Origin: Octopus sinensis
Lineage: Eukaryota
Assembly (NCBI RefSeq): GCF_006345805.1
Contig: NC_043014.1
Span: forward strand, 47,120,001-47,184,000
Reading direction: 5' to 3'
Length of the DNA: 64,000 nt
The notes below the pieces were generated by a model. The model was not told where the DNA came from and searched no databases. It saw only the letters and a program-made list of their open reading frames with translations. Position numbers and translations under genes: made by a program. The stretch's first letter is position 1. Each line of letters opens with the position of its first letter. Shown here in pieces: positions 12,221 through 24,616 of the stretch.

Positions 12221-12679
12221 ATAGTTGTTGTTTGTGGTGGTGGTTTTGGGGGGTGGATTTGGCAGAACTTCGAGTACCCTGGATACATCATAATTCTGCC
12301 TGATTCCAGTTATAAAGCAACTGGGACGGTGGATGTCCTTACATTTTTGTTATTATAGTTTTTTTCTTCTTGTAGACACTTGTCGCTGAGGTAGAATCTT
12401 TCAGTTGGTCTACATCCTCTCACTTCATTGGCAATATACTGTCTCTGAAAAGGATAGTTTGACCTGGGTCCCTCTGGTTGCCTTACAGTAAATAGGCAAC
12501 TTAGGGCAGAGTAGTTTACTGTGGAACATGGCAAGAGAAGGGAGCAAAGTACATAAATAATGTTTTATTAATTTGAAGTGCAAAATGTTGGGAAAAGGCA
12601 ATGAGAAACTCCTTAAACATCATTTATAGGTAACCGTGTTTATCTTGCAGTGTCTTGTGAGAGTCATTATGCTGATATT

Positions 12680-13062
12680 GTGGAGGCGCAATGGCCTAGT
12701 GGTTAGGGCAGCGAACTCGCGGTATAGGATCGCGGTTTCAATTCCCAGAGTTTATTGTGAGTGTTTATTGAGCGAAAACACCTAAAGCTCCACGAGCCTC
12801 CGGCAGGGGATGGTGCTGATCCCTGCTGTACTCTTTCACCACAACTTTCTCTCACTCTTACTTCGTGTTTTTGTTGTACCTGTATTTCAAGGGGCCGGCC
12901 TTGTCACTCTCTGTGTCACGCTGAATATCCCCGAGAACTACGTTAAGGGTGCACGTGTCTGTGGAGTGCTCAGCCACTTACACGTTAATTTCACGAGCAG
13001 GCTGTTCTGTTGATTCGGATCAACCGGAACTCTCGTTGTCGTAACCGACGGAGTGCTTCCAG
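12680..13062 (+). mobile_element. SINE family C (tRNA-derived)
   Basis: Head gtggaggcgcaatggcctagtggttaggg, B-box gcggtttcaattccc; TSD ATGCTGATATT at 12669-12679 and 13063-13073. Confidence 0.88.
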
Positions 13063-13304
13063 ATGCTGATATTATTAATACGTGCACTGGTTCAATCATT
13101 AGTTGATTGGTTTAAAATCCAACTAACTAATTGATTGTTTTTGTAATGCAACCTCTGTAATGGACTAAGAGAGAAGTCACTAAAAAGACTACAAATAGCA
13201 AGAATTTTGACAAACAAAAACAAAATAAACGACCTGCTGTTTGACCAAGTTAGTCAAACAATTGCTTAGTTAGTTGGATATTTAACTAATTGACTAATAA
13301 TAAA

Positions 13305-13563
13305 AAAATAATAAATGCGCCCTTTTAAAGCCTAGCCAGGCTCATGGGCCCGGTTTCCCGGTTTCTATGGCATATGTGTTCCCCAGCTGCATGGGTCGCC
13401 AGTCCATCACAGCGTTACTCACTTTTGCCAGCTGAGTGGACTGGAGCAATGTGAAATGAAGTGTTTTGCTCAAGAACACAACGCGTCACCCGGTCCAGGT
13501 ATTGAAACCACAATCTTACGATCATGATGCTAACACCCTAACCACTAAGCCATGCGCCTCCAC
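13305..13563 (-). mobile_element. SINE family E (tRNA head gtggaggcgcatggcttagtggttaggg)
   Basis: 16-bp TSD ATTGACTAATAATAAA at 13289-13304 and 13564-13579; related copies ~56640-56940 and ~58790-58940. Confidence 0.8.
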
Positions 13564-13617
13564 ATTGACTAATAATAAAGGAGTGTAATTAAACCAGTGC
13601 ATGTGTTAATAATCTTT

Positions 13618-14015
13618 TCTACTGGAAGCAAAAGGCCTCAAATTTGGGGGAAGAAATTAAGTCAATTACATCGACCCCAGTGCATAACTGGTACCCATTT
13701 ACTTGACCTTGAAAGGATGAAAGGTAAAGTAAACCTCAGTGGAATTTGAACTCAGAACGTAGTGGCAGATGAAATACCTATTTCTTTACTACACACAAGG
13801 GGCTAAACATAGAGAGGACAAACAAGGACAGACAAACGGATTAAGTGGATTATATCGACCCTAGTGCGTAACTGGTACTTATTTAATCGATTCCGAAAGG
13901 ATGAAAGGCAAAGTCGACCTCGGCGGAATTTGAACTCAGAATGTAAAGACAGACGAAATACCGCTAAGCATTTCGCCCGGCATGCTAACGTTTCTGCCAG
14001 CTCGCTGCCTTATTG
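13618..14015 (-). mobile_element. SINE family B multimer
   Basis: Repeated core with the same junction as at 6360 and 42720. Confidence 0.8.
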
Positions 14016-14217
14016 CTAATGGGTTGCTAATGATTCTGCCAGCTCACTGCCTTAAGTGTGTGTGTGAATAATATTAGCATAATGACTGCCCCTTCGACAC
14101 AACAAAATTTGTTTCAACATATGTTCACATAAAGAAACTTGCAAACCAGATACAAAAATGAAGTGTTCATGTTACTGCAACTATCGACTCAGCTTATTGT
14201 AAACTCTGTACAATAGG

Positions 14218-14622
14218 CACAGGAGTGGCTGTGTGGTAAGTAGCTTTTTTACCAACCACATGGTTCTGGGTTCAGTCCCACTGCGTGGCACCTTGGGCAA
14301 GTGTCTTCTACTATAGTCTCGGTTCGACCAAAGCCTTGTGAGTGGATTTGGTAGACGGAAACTGAAGAGAAGCCCGTCGTATATATGTATACATATATAT
14401 ATATGTGTGTGTGTGTTTGTCCCCCTAGCATTGCTTGACAACCGATGCTGGTGTGTTTATGTCCCCGTTACTTAGCGGTTCGGCAAAAGAGACCGATAGA
14501 CTAAGTACTGGGCTTACAAAAGAATAAGTCCTGGGGGTCGAGTTGCTTGATTAAAGGCGGTGCTCCAGCATGGCCGCAGTCAAATGACTGAAACAAGTAT
14601 AAAAGAGAAAAGAGTAAAGAGT
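14218..14622 (+). mobile_element. SINE family A
   Basis: Full-length copy ending ~90 nt before exon 2. Confidence 0.85.
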
Positions 14623-14714
14623 AATTAACAAATATTTTGTTTTGATGTATTTTGTGTCCTCTTTCATTTTTTTGAAAGGAAATTGTTCAATTTTGTTGTT
14701 GCTCTCTCTTGTAG

Positions 14715-14970
14715 GACCGATTCCCCAGGACAACCATTGAATTTGACATGAGCCTCACCTATATTGTGGTTGCTTTCTTCAGCGTAGTCGCCACAAACGT
14801 GCTTGTCGAAACGTTCAGCTTGAAACTCCGGATTACATTTGGTTATATTGTGGCATTTACAGTGTTACTGCTCGTTACCATCTGCGACATTTGGCTGGAA
14901 ATGTTTTCCAAAGAAACATCATATGGCATCACCCTAATGGCAGTTGGTATGGTGGCTGTTGGATCAACAA
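14715..14970 (+). CDS. SLC29A4: ENT4/PMAT-like coding exon 2
   Basis: Acceptor ctctcttgtag|; DRFPRTTIEFDMSLTYIVVAFF...ICDIWLEMFS...VAVGST; donor A|GTAAGT; 256 nt. Confidence 0.93.
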
Positions 14971-15032
14971 GTAAGTTATAGAGTTGAGCCAGTCAAATAT
15001 TTTGTCATATCCCAGAACATAGAAATGATTAC

Positions 15033-15442
15033 GTGGCTGTGTGGTAAGTAGCTTGCTAACCAACCACATGGTTCCGGGTTCAGTCCCACTGCGTGGCATC
15101 TTGGGCAAGTGTCTTCTGCTATAGCCCCGGGCCGACCAAAGCCTTGTGAGTGGATTTGGTAGACGGAAACTGAAAGAAGCCTGTCGTATATATGTATATA
15201 TATATATATGTATGTGTGTGTCTGTGTTTGTGTGTCTGTGTTTGTTCCCCTAGCATTGCTTGACAACCGATGCTGGTGTGTTTGCGTCCCCATCACTTGG
15301 CGGTTCGGCAAAAAGAGACCGATAGAATAAGTACTGGGCTTACAAAAAGAATAAGTCCCGGGGTCGAGTTGCTCGACTAAAGGCGGTGCTCCAGCATGGC
15401 CGCAGTCAAATGACTGAAACAAGTAAAAGAGTAAAAGAGTAA
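15033..15442 (+). mobile_element. SINE family A
   Basis: Near full-length copy starting ~60 nt after exon 2. Confidence 0.85.
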
Positions 15443-15639
15443 ATGGTTACCACTGCTTTCATTTATATCCACATATGAGGAATCACTGCTCAAACTGACC
15501 GGCCACTTGTAAAACGTATATTACTTGTCCTATGTATGTCTTCATTTGTAAATGAAGTAAAAAGTAAACTTTTACTTCATTAGTAAATACTATGATAATC
15601 TCAGATTCTTCCAAATTATTCAGTAATTTTCAGTCTACC

Positions 15640-16610
15640 AGCTGAGACAGTATAGTCAGTCTCTCAACAGAGATGATAATAGACTAAGGGTCAGTTTATC
15701 AATTGTAACAGTAATGGTCAATTTATCAGTTGAAGCAGTACTGACCGGTCTATCAACTGAGACAGTTATGGTTAACTAAAACAGTTGTGGTCACTCTATC
15801 AATCAAGACAGTAATGGTCAGTCTGATAACTGAGACTAATGGTCAGTTTATCAGTTGAGACAGTACTGATCAGTCTGTCAACTAAGACAGTAATGGTCAA
15901 TTGAAACAATTGTGGTCAGTCTATCAATTGAGGCAATAATAGTCTATCAACTGTGGAGGCGCAATGGCCCAGTGGTTAGGGCAGCTGACTCGCGGTCATA
16001 GGATCGCGGTTTCGATTCCCAGACCGGGCGTTGTGAGTGTTTATTGAGCGAAAACACCTAAAAGCTCCACGAGGCTCTGGCAGGGATGGTGGTGATCCCT
16101 GCTGTACTCTTTCGCCACAACTTTCTCTCACTCTTACTTCCTGTTTCTGTTGTACCTGTATTTCAAAGGGCCGGCTTTGTCACTCTCTGTGTCACGCTGA
16201 ATATCCCTGAGAACTGCGTTAAGGGTACACGTGTCTGTGGAGTGCTCAGCCACTTACACGTTAATTTCACGAGCAGGCTGTTCCGTTGATCGGATCAACC
16301 GGAACCCTTGTCGTCGTAACCGACGGAGTGCTTCCATATCCAGTCTATCAACTGAGACATTAATGGTCAACCTCTCATTTGAGATGGAAAGGTCAGTCTG
16401 TTAGCCAAGATGGTAATGGTCAGTTGATCAGTTGAGACAGTAATATTCAGTTCACCAGTTTAGATGGTAACGGTCAGTCTATCAAATAAGAAAGTAACAG
16501 TAAATTGAGACAGTTGTGGTCAGTTTGTCAGTTGAGATAGTAATGGTCAGTGTACCAGATAAAGCAGTTGTGGTCAGGCTAACAGCTGACACGATCATGG
16601 TCAGTTTATG
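15640..16610. repeat. Degenerate ~27-bp minisatellite interrupted by a SINE C
   Basis: Recurrent gtaatggtcagtctatcaactgagaca units on both sides of the SINE. Confidence 0.75.
15953..16341 (+). mobile_element. SINE family C
   Basis: Colinear with 12680-13062; flanked by AGTCTATCAACT direct repeats. Confidence 0.88.
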
Positions 16611-16984
16611 AACATATATGTGCCAGTTGTGCTAACATATCTAATTGTGGCATCATGGTGTCTGCCCTATTCTTTGAATTATATAACAAATTATAGTGAT
16701 CATTCACTTCTACTTGATATTGGATAAACTCCAACCTGGTTTCATTTTTGCCCTGGGACCAAGTTTTCTCTTTTTCTCCTCCACAGAATCAAAGGTTATT
16801 CAAATCAACCAAATTATTTCTTTATAAAATATTGATTGGATGCCAAACTGCAAGAATTCTATTGACTCATCATTTTGACTCACCTGTCACCATATCAAAC
16901 CTAATTAACTTTCTATGTTCATAGCAAATTAAACATTCCTTTTGCTGTTCTATTAATAGATATGTCAATAATTTCTCACCACTC

Positions 16985-17450
16985 TGCCATACATTCCACT
17001 ACCCTGCCCTACATCCCCACCATTCTGTTCTATATTCCTATCAGTTCTATCCTACATTCCCACTATTCTGTCCTATATTCCCACCATTCTGTCCTATATT
17101 CCTACTAGTTTTATCCTTGATTCTTATCAGTTCTGTCCTATATTCCTATCAGTTCTATCCTATATTCCCACTATTCTGTCCTATATTTCCACCACTCTGT
17201 CCTATATTCCTACTAGTGTTATCCTCGATTCCCATCAGTTCTGACCTATATTCCCACTATTCTGTCCCATATTCCCACCACTCTGTCCTATATTCCCACC
17301 CTCTGTCCTATATTCCTACTAGTTTTATCCTCAATTCTCATCAGTTCTGTCCTATATTCCCACAAGTTCTGTATTCCCACCACTATATCCTATATTCCTA
17401 TCATTCTGTCCTATATTCTCACTACCCTGTCCTATATTCCCACTAGTTCT
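16985..17450. repeat. Degenerate ~22-24-bp pyrimidine-rich minisatellite
   Basis: Recurrent ctgtcctatattcccacca units ending ~35 nt before exon 3. Confidence 0.8.
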
Positions 17451-17484
17451 TCCCTACCAACTGATCATTATCTCTCCATTGTAG

Positions 17485-17559
17485 TTCAACAATCCAGTTT
17501 CTATGGTTACACCAGTATGCTACCCCATCGTTACACACAAGCTGTCATGACAGGAGAAA
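17485..17559 (+). CDS. SLC29A4: ENT4/PMAT-like coding exon 3 (not in the ORF track)
   Basis: Acceptor tctctccattgtag|; (I)QQSSFYGYTSMLPHRYTQAVMTGE(S), a near-exact ENT4 signature; donor A|GTAAGT; 75 nt, phase 1-1. Confidence 0.93.
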
Positions 17560-18067
17560 GTAAGTATTATTCAAATTCTCTTACCCTCACTCTGTCTGTC
17601 TCTTCAATTCTCTCCCTTTTCTCACCATCTCCCTTTCTTCTTTCTTAACTAAACCTTTTTTTGAAGTCATTCTTTTAGTGTCAGTATTTTCTTCCATTCA
17701 TGAATGTATGTGTGTGTGTGTGTATTTGCGTGTTTCTGCATGTGTGTGTGTATGCATGTATGTGTGTAAGACAACTAATCAACTGTGTGTGTGTGTATGT
17801 GTGAACTAGATGGCAACTCATCCACTAAATTATGACGACTTTTTCCACAGTTATGTTAATCACTTGCATTGTTGCTCACACCTGTGTTACCTACGACTTA
17901 CAACTCTAGTCTATCAAAAATCTAGGCCTTAGACACTCACCTGAAGAAATAGCAATAATTATTCATTTATAAGAGACCAAAATTACTAGGCACACCTGCT
18001 GCCATTAGGTCTCTATTTTCTGGAATGCCACCACTTTCTATACATAGTTATACCTACATGCATTATA

Positions 18068-18620
18068 CAAGGTCATCCCATAAATAATGCTGTTTTTTTA
18101 TACTTCTGTTAGTTTTCAAAATTAATATAAACAAAGTTCTCTTTTAATCTAAAATATACTCTCCTTCATTTTCTACAATACACTTCCATCTATCTGGTAG
18201 ACTTGTAAGGCCCCTCTTCCAAAATTTACTCATCCATGATGAAAAATACTCCTCCGGTACTGTTCTGACCTTGTCAACAGAACTCATATTTTTTCCGTCC
18301 AAATGATTTTGAAAACTGCAAAATAAATGATAATCAGATGGGGAAATGCCTGGCAAATATGGTGGGTGGGACATCATTTCCCATTCAAACTGCTTCAGCC
18401 TTTGGAATGTCCTCCTTGCTGTATGTGGCCAAGCATTATCCTGAAAGAAGAACTCCTTTCATCTTGAAGCCAACGATGGTTGTTTTTCTTCTAGTGTTGA
18501 CTTAAGCCGCTCAAGCTGGTTGCAGTAGATCGCCTTTATTATTGTTTGGTTTGGGTTTAAAAGTTTAAAGTGGACTAAACCTTTCATATCCCATCAAACA
18601 GTTAAAAACACCTTACATGA
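18068..18620 (-). mobile_element. Mariner transposon relic, 3' part
   Basis: HPPYLPGISPSDYHLF (degenerate YSPDLAPSDY motif)...LPDRWKCIVENEGEY; TIR CAAGGTCATCCCATAAATAATG after TA. Confidence 0.85.
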
Positions 18621-18804
18621 ATGAAGACCTTTAACTTGAGGTGCCGCTCTTTCTCCTTTCCTTACCCACTGTCTTCAATGCTTGACATTTTTAAAGCGGT
18701 GGCTTTTAATGGGTGGAGAGCTGAACCATCCTGGTTCGCAATCTAGACTAGGGTCTGAAAGTTTACCACACCATAGTGGGTTACACCATGGTTCCTCTGC
18801 TTTG

Positions 18805-19019
18805 TGACAGAAGTAGGAAGAAAGAGTGAGAGAAAGTTGTGGTGAAAGAGTACAGCAGGGTTCACCACTCCCCCTCCCTGCCGGAGCCTCGTGGAGGAAC
18901 CTCGTGGAGCTTAGGTATTTTTGCTCAATAAACACTCACAATGCCCGGTCTAGGAATCGACACCGCGTTCTTATGACCGCGAGTCTGCTGCCCTAACCAC
19001 TGGGCCATTGTATCTCCAC
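18805..19019 (-). mobile_element. SINE family C, 5' part only
   Basis: Reverse complement of the family C head and body. Confidence 0.8.
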
Positions 19020-19285
19020 ACTGATGTTGCTGACTTGCTCCTCATTCTAAAATTATTGGTTTTGTGTCAAAATTTGAATCACTCATCATTCTTATAATTC
19101 AGGTTTTCTTGAAATTCCTGAAATTTTGCATGAGCAGAGGGTTTGCTACCTGCAGCCTAAGGTACCATACGATTTGTTCTCTTCAACCATCTAATACTCT
19201 TCTGATGATTTTGGCTATGCCAAAGATGCAGACATTTTGCAACAGCTCTACTGGCCAATCTATTATCATTTCTTTTATAATTCCT

Positions 19286-19446
19286 CAGGAGTGGCTGTGT
19301 GGTAAGTAGCTTGCTTACGAACCACATGGTTCTGGGTTCAGTCCAACTGCGTGGCACCTTGGGCAAGTGTCTTCTACTATAGCCTCGGGCCGACCAAAGC
19401 CTTGTGAGTGGATTTGGTAGACGGAAACTGAAAGAAGCCCGTCATA

Positions 19447-19517
<71 letters not shown>

Positions 19518-19717
19518 TTGTGTTTGCCCCCCAGCTTCGCTTGACAACCGATGCTGGTATGTTTACGTCCCTGTAACTTAGCGGTACAGCAAATGAGACC
19601 GATAGAATAAGTACTAGGTTTACAAAGAATATGTCGTGGGAGTCGATTTGCTTGACAAAAGGAGGTGCTCCAGCATGGCCGCAGTCAAATGACTGAAACA
19701 AGTAAAAAAAAGAGTAA
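19286..19717 (+). mobile_element. SINE family A
   Basis: Full-length copy. Confidence 0.85.
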
Positions 19718-19745
19718 TACCTTTTGATACTGTCCCCAAGGCCCT

Positions 19746-20488
19746 ACAACCACCACCACTACCACCACCACCACCACCACTACCACCACTACCACCACCT
19801 CCACCACCACCACCACCACCACTACCACCACCTCCACCACAACCACCACCACCATCGCCACCACCACCACCACCCCACCACCACCACCACTACCACCACC
19901 ACCACAACCACCGCCACTACCACCACCACCACCACCACCACTACCACTACCACTACCACCACCACCACTACCATCACTACCACCACCACCACTACCACTA
20001 CCACCACCACCACCACTACCACCACCACCACCACCACCACCACCACTACCACCACCACCACCACCACCACCTACCACCACTACCACCACAACCACCGCCA
20101 CTACCACCACCACCACCACCACCACCACTACCACTACCACTACCACCACCACCACTACCATCACTACCACCACCACCACTACCACTACCACTACACCACC
20201 ACCACTACCATCACTACCACCACCCCACTACCACTAACCACCACCATCACTACCACCACCACCACCACCACCACCGTTACTACCACCACCACCACCACCA
20301 CCACTACCACCACCACACCTACCACCACCACCTACCACCACTACCACTACAACCACCACCACTACCACCACCACCACTACCACCACCACCACCACCACCA
20401 CCACCACCACCACCATAACCACCACCACCACCACTACTACCACCACCACCACCATTACCACCACCACCACCACTACCACCACCAACAC

Positions 20489-20538
<50 letters not shown>

Positions 20539-20545
20539 CCATCAT
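19746..20545 (+). repeat. (CAC/CTAC)n then (CAT)n tract
   Basis: 800 bp of ACC/ACT repeats ending ~37 nt before the exon 4 acceptor. Confidence 0.95.
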
Positions 20546-20582
20546 TGTAACTGTTTTCTCCTTTTTTCCCTTCCGCGAATAG

Positions 20583-20833
20583 GTGCAGCAGGTTTAGTCA
20601 TCTCAAGCAACCGTATCCTCACAAAAGCCCTGCTACACAACCAGAGAACAAACACGATCATCTTCTTCACGATTTCTCTGACGATCGTCTGCCTCTGTTT
20701 CATCCTGTTCCATGTGGTGCGACGCAGTCAGTTTGTACGTTATTACGTCAGCCAATGCGAGATGGCCGGTCTGGCAGAAGAGCAGCGAGGAATTGCAAAC
20801 CCTAATCCAGCATCTGGTCCCTTCACCGAGGAA
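20583..20833 (+). CDS. SLC29A4: ENT4/PMAT-like coding exon 4
   Basis: Acceptor ...ttcccttccgcgaatag|; (S)AAGLVISSNRILTKALL...FHVVRRSQFVRYY...FTEE; donor GAA|GTAAGC; 251 nt. Confidence 0.92.
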
Positions 20834-20897
20834 GTAAGCTTAGTAAGCTGTGTTTTTATTTCATAGATGCTCATCAAAAGCTTATCCTAGTTGCGGG

Positions 20898-21129
20898 AGT
20901 TTTAAAGTCAATAAAAGGGATCAGTTTTAAAGTCCTTAAAAGGGATCAGTTTTAAAGTCAATAAAAGGGATCAGTTTTAAAGTCAATAAAAGGGATCAGT
21001 TTTAAAGTCAATAAAAGGGATCAGTTTTAAAGTCAATAAAAGGGATCAGTTTTAAAGTCAACAAAAGGGATCAGTTTTAAAGTCAACAAAAGGGATCAGT
21101 TTTAAAGTCGTTAAAAGGGATCAGTTTTA
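20898..21129 (+). repeat. 25-bp minisatellite, 9.3 copies
   Basis: AGTTTTAAAGTCAATAAAAGGGATC units at exact 25-nt spacing. Confidence 0.95.
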
Positions 21130-21239
21130 TTTATTAGTTAATCCATGAGGGAATGTGGATTCTGCAATGAAGCAGAACAGAGACAAGGAAATGAGAATGT
21201 TAGTTATTTCTGTGTGTCTGCGTGTGTGTGTGTGCGTGT

Positions 21240-21272
<33 letters not shown>

Positions 21273-21386
21273 GTATGTGTATGGTTACCTTGGTAATGCT
21301 ATATATGTATGTGAGTGATTACTTTGAAAGTGTTATGTGTATGTGTGTGTGTGGTCACTTTGGTAATGTTTTATATATATCTATAT

Positions 21387-21609
21387 CAGTGGTTTTCAAC
21401 CAGGGTTCCGCCAGTGCAGTCCAGGGGTTCCGCCAGTACAGTCCAGGGGTTCCGCAAGAAGTTACAAAACTGCTAAAATCGGCAGTAATTTTTAATTCTC
21501 CTGTGCAGATATGTGTGCATAAGACTATTAAATTATTGCACAGGGGTTCCTCGAGCCAGTGGAATGTTTCCTTGGGGTTCCACTCCAGCAAAAAGTTTGA
21601 AAAGCACTG
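21387..21609. mobile_element. hAT-type MITE
   Basis: CAGTGGTTTTCAAC...GTTTGAAAAGCACTG termini; 8-bp TSD ATCTATAT at 21379-21386 and 21610-21617. Confidence 0.88.
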
Positions 21610-21627
21610 ATCTATATATATATCTCT

Positions 21628-21666
<39 letters not shown>

Positions 21667-22015
21667 GTTAGGACAAAATCATTAATTTATGATTTATCTG
21701 TGGCCAGCGTACAAAAAAACCCATATGGGTTAAATTAATATTTAAAGTATAATCATAAAAGTATAATTATGATAAAACGTGAAGTGTATTTGCCACCTAA
21801 ATCTGGCTAACCCTTAAGGGTTGATGCTACTGTAGCTATACCTCACTCAGAGATTTATTACCGCTTATAATAAAACGGTGCTGAAGGAACAGCACCCGTA
21901 TGCTAGAAATAGACACCAAATGACTACAAACCACTTAAGTTATTACTCTGTTTAACACGCGGCTGTATGCAAAGAAAATGGACAGAAAGGATTTATAAAA
22001 ATACTGCGGACAACT

Positions 22016-22425
22016 GCGCAGGAGTGGCTGTGTGGTAAGTAGCTTGCTTACCAACCACATGGTTCCGGGTTCAGTCCCACTGCGTAGCATCTTGGGCAAG
22101 TGTCTTCTGCTATAGCCCCGGGCCGACCAATGCCTTGTGAGTGGATTTGGTAGAAGGAAACTGGAAGAAGCCTGTCGTATATATGTATATATATATATGT
22201 ATGTGTGTGTGAGTATATGTTTGTGTGTCTGTGTTTGTCCCCCTACCATCGCTTGACAACCGATGCTGGTGTGTTTATGTCCCCGTCACTTAGCGGTTCG
22301 GCAAAAGAGACCGATAGAATGAGTACTGGGCTTACAAAGAATAAGTCCCAGTGTCGATTTGCTCGACTAAAGGCGGTACTCCTGCATGGCCGCAGTCAAA
22401 TGACTGAAACAAGTAAAAGAGTAAC
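22016..22425 (+). mobile_element. SINE family A
   Basis: Full-length copy in intron 4. Confidence 0.85.
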
Positions 22426-22561
22426 CCTATATCTTAAGATTTCATGTTTTGTAGTATTAAAATTTCTTTACAATCTCCAGTAGAGTATACCAACCATAAA
22501 TAAATGAGAAATACATATACACACCCATAGATATATAGTCGTGAAAATACAAACATATACA

Positions 22562-22795
22562 TATTTCTTTATTACCCACAAGGGGCTAAACACAGAGGGG
22601 ACAAACAAGGACAGACATAGGTATTAAGTCGATTACATCGACCCCAGTGCGTAACTGGTACTTAATTTATCGACCCTGAAAGGATGAAAGGCAAAGTCGA
22701 CCTCGGCAGAATTTGAACTCACAACGTAACAGCAGACGAAATACTGCTAAGCATTTCGCCTGGCGTGCTAACGTTTCTGCCAGCTCGCCGCCTTA
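22562..22795 (-). mobile_element. SINE family B monomer
   Basis: Complete head (aaggcggcgagctggcagaaacg) to tail (gggtaataaagaaat) on minus strand. Confidence 0.85.
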
Positions 22796-23118
22796 CAAAT
22801 ATATATAGCCTTGTGTTAAACAGAGTAATAACTTGAGTGGTTTGACATCTATTTCTAGCATACAGGTGCTGTCCTTCCAGTGCCCTTTTATTATTATTAT
22901 TATACTTTTATAATTATACTTTAAATATTAATTTAAATTGTATGGGTTTTTTTGTATGCTGGCCACTGGTAAATCATTAATTAATGACTTTATCCTAATT
23001 ATGTATAAATATATATTCATTCACTCAACAAGTAATTAGAAATGTTTAATGACAACGGAGATTGTTATTTCTGAAATTTGTTTTTTTGTTGTTGTTGTTT
23101 TTTTTTTACCATTTCCAG

Positions 23119-23362
23119 GTGGACATAATGGACCACACTGGTCAGCGGGGTAGTTACGGCGTTCTGGTGATTCAGAGTCCGACATCTGCCAGCATTCAGC
23201 AGGAGTTCCTGACGGGATCAGCACCAGTGACCCCTACAACACCAACCAATCCAGAAATAAAACCAGCCACAGCAACAGAACTGACTAAAATCAATGAACA
23301 AGAGGTCAAATATAAAGGTCACATTTACAAAGTTCAAGTTCCGAAAATGTCATCGGTTAAAA
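23119..23362 (+). CDS. SLC29A4: ENT4/PMAT-like coding exon 5 (central cytoplasmic loop)
   Basis: Acceptor tttttaccatttccag|; VDIMDHTGQRGSYG...YKVQVPKMSSVK; donor A|GTAAGT; phases 0 and 1 fit both neighbours; 244 nt. Confidence 0.85.
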
Positions 23363-23456
23363 GTAAGTAAAAAAACACTGCAAATATGCATCATAAGGGT
23401 GAGGAGTGTGGGTGGTTAATATAGAGATGTAGATATAGAGACAGGTAGTGATATAC

Positions 23457-23506
<50 letters not shown>

Positions 23507-23580
23507 CGTGCGTGCATGCGTGTGATTATTCAGTTTTATTTTAAGATTTCTTGCCAATAGAGAAAAAGCCAGTATGTATG

Positions 23581-23995
23581 TATAATAATAATAATAATAA
23601 TAATAAAACATTGTGTACAGTGCTCAGGTGCACTACAACTCATCTAAAGTGTATATATAATCAGGTGTAGTTTCGGCGGATTTCGGAAAGCATGAGGGCC
23701 TTAAAGGATGCAGTGTCATGGCAGTCAACAACTGACACAGGCAGTTTATTCCATGCTTCAGCAACTCTGAGTGTGAAAAAATGTTTCCGAAAGTCATGGG
23801 AGCTGTGTTGTTTTCTGACTTTGTAGGCATGTCCACGTGTGTTGGTCACATGGAGATCAAAAAGGTGTTCAGTGTTGTTGTTGGTGAGGTGGTTGATAAC
23901 TTTGTGGGTGTATACCAAGTCCGTCGCCAGACGCCGGAGCTTCAGTGAATCCATGCCCAGGGAAACAAGGTGCTCAGAGTATGGTAGGTGCCTGA
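23581..23995 (-). mobile_element. CR1-type LINE, 3' end
   Basis: LKLRRLATDL...TRGHAYK...RKHFFTLRVAEAWNKLP typical CR1 ORF2 C-terminus, short 3' UTR and (TTA)n tail. Confidence 0.9.
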
Positions 23996-24029
23996 TGGAG
24001 GGTATGTGTGTATGTGTGTGTGTATATAG

Positions 24030-24558
24030 TATTTTATAAGCTTAAAGTATATAAGCAATCACCGTGCAATGACTAAAAAGAGTAGTCTAATAATGAAGCA
24101 TATAAGCCCTCAACAGAAAAAAGTAAGTTTTCCTGTACGCATGGGACTCGAACCCACAATTCTTTGTTTTTGCAACAGGTGTGCTAGCCATTTACACCAA
24201 CACACAACCTTGCTTTTTGCCACTAGATTTAGGAACTATAATTACTATTATTATTATTTACAGAATTGTAAAAATTGACGCTGCTTAACAAAAACCATCG
24301 CAGTAAAAGCACATGAAAGTCTGTTTACAAAAACAACACTACAAACTAATTACAGTTCTGAAATCTGATGGAAAGAAGCAAGGTTTTACGTTGGTATAAA
24401 TGGCTAACACACTTGTCGCAAAAACAAAGAGACGGAGGTTCAAGTCCCATGTGTTTGGGAAAACCTACTTTTTCCGTTGAGGGCTTATATACCCCATTAG
24501 TAGGCTATTTTCTTTAGTCATTGCACGATGATCACTTATAAGCTTTAAGCTTATAAAA

Positions 24559-24560
<2 letters not shown>
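24030..24560. mobile_element. Inverted-repeat element with tRNA-like arms
   Basis: Arms 24030-24217 and 24373-24560, roughly 80% complementary, each with A-box- and B-box-like motifs. Confidence 0.75.

Positions 24561-24616
<56 letters not shown>

Noticed and set aside
11587-12291. 234-aa poly-Arg/Glu/Lys ORF
   Set aside because: Translation of the (GAA)n strand of a microsatellite
12680-12750. Functional tRNA genes at SINE heads
   Set aside because: A/B boxes are present but the acceptor stem does not close and they run into SINE bodies
19685-20545. Poly-His/Thr/Val/Gly ORFs; similar ones at 26859-27437, 55569-56304 and 38093-39392
   Set aside because: Simple-repeat translations; only the 3' end of ORF 19724..20866 is real (ENT4 exon 4)
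20898-21129. CRISPR array
   Set aside because: Head-to-tail 25-mers without spacers in a eukaryotic intron
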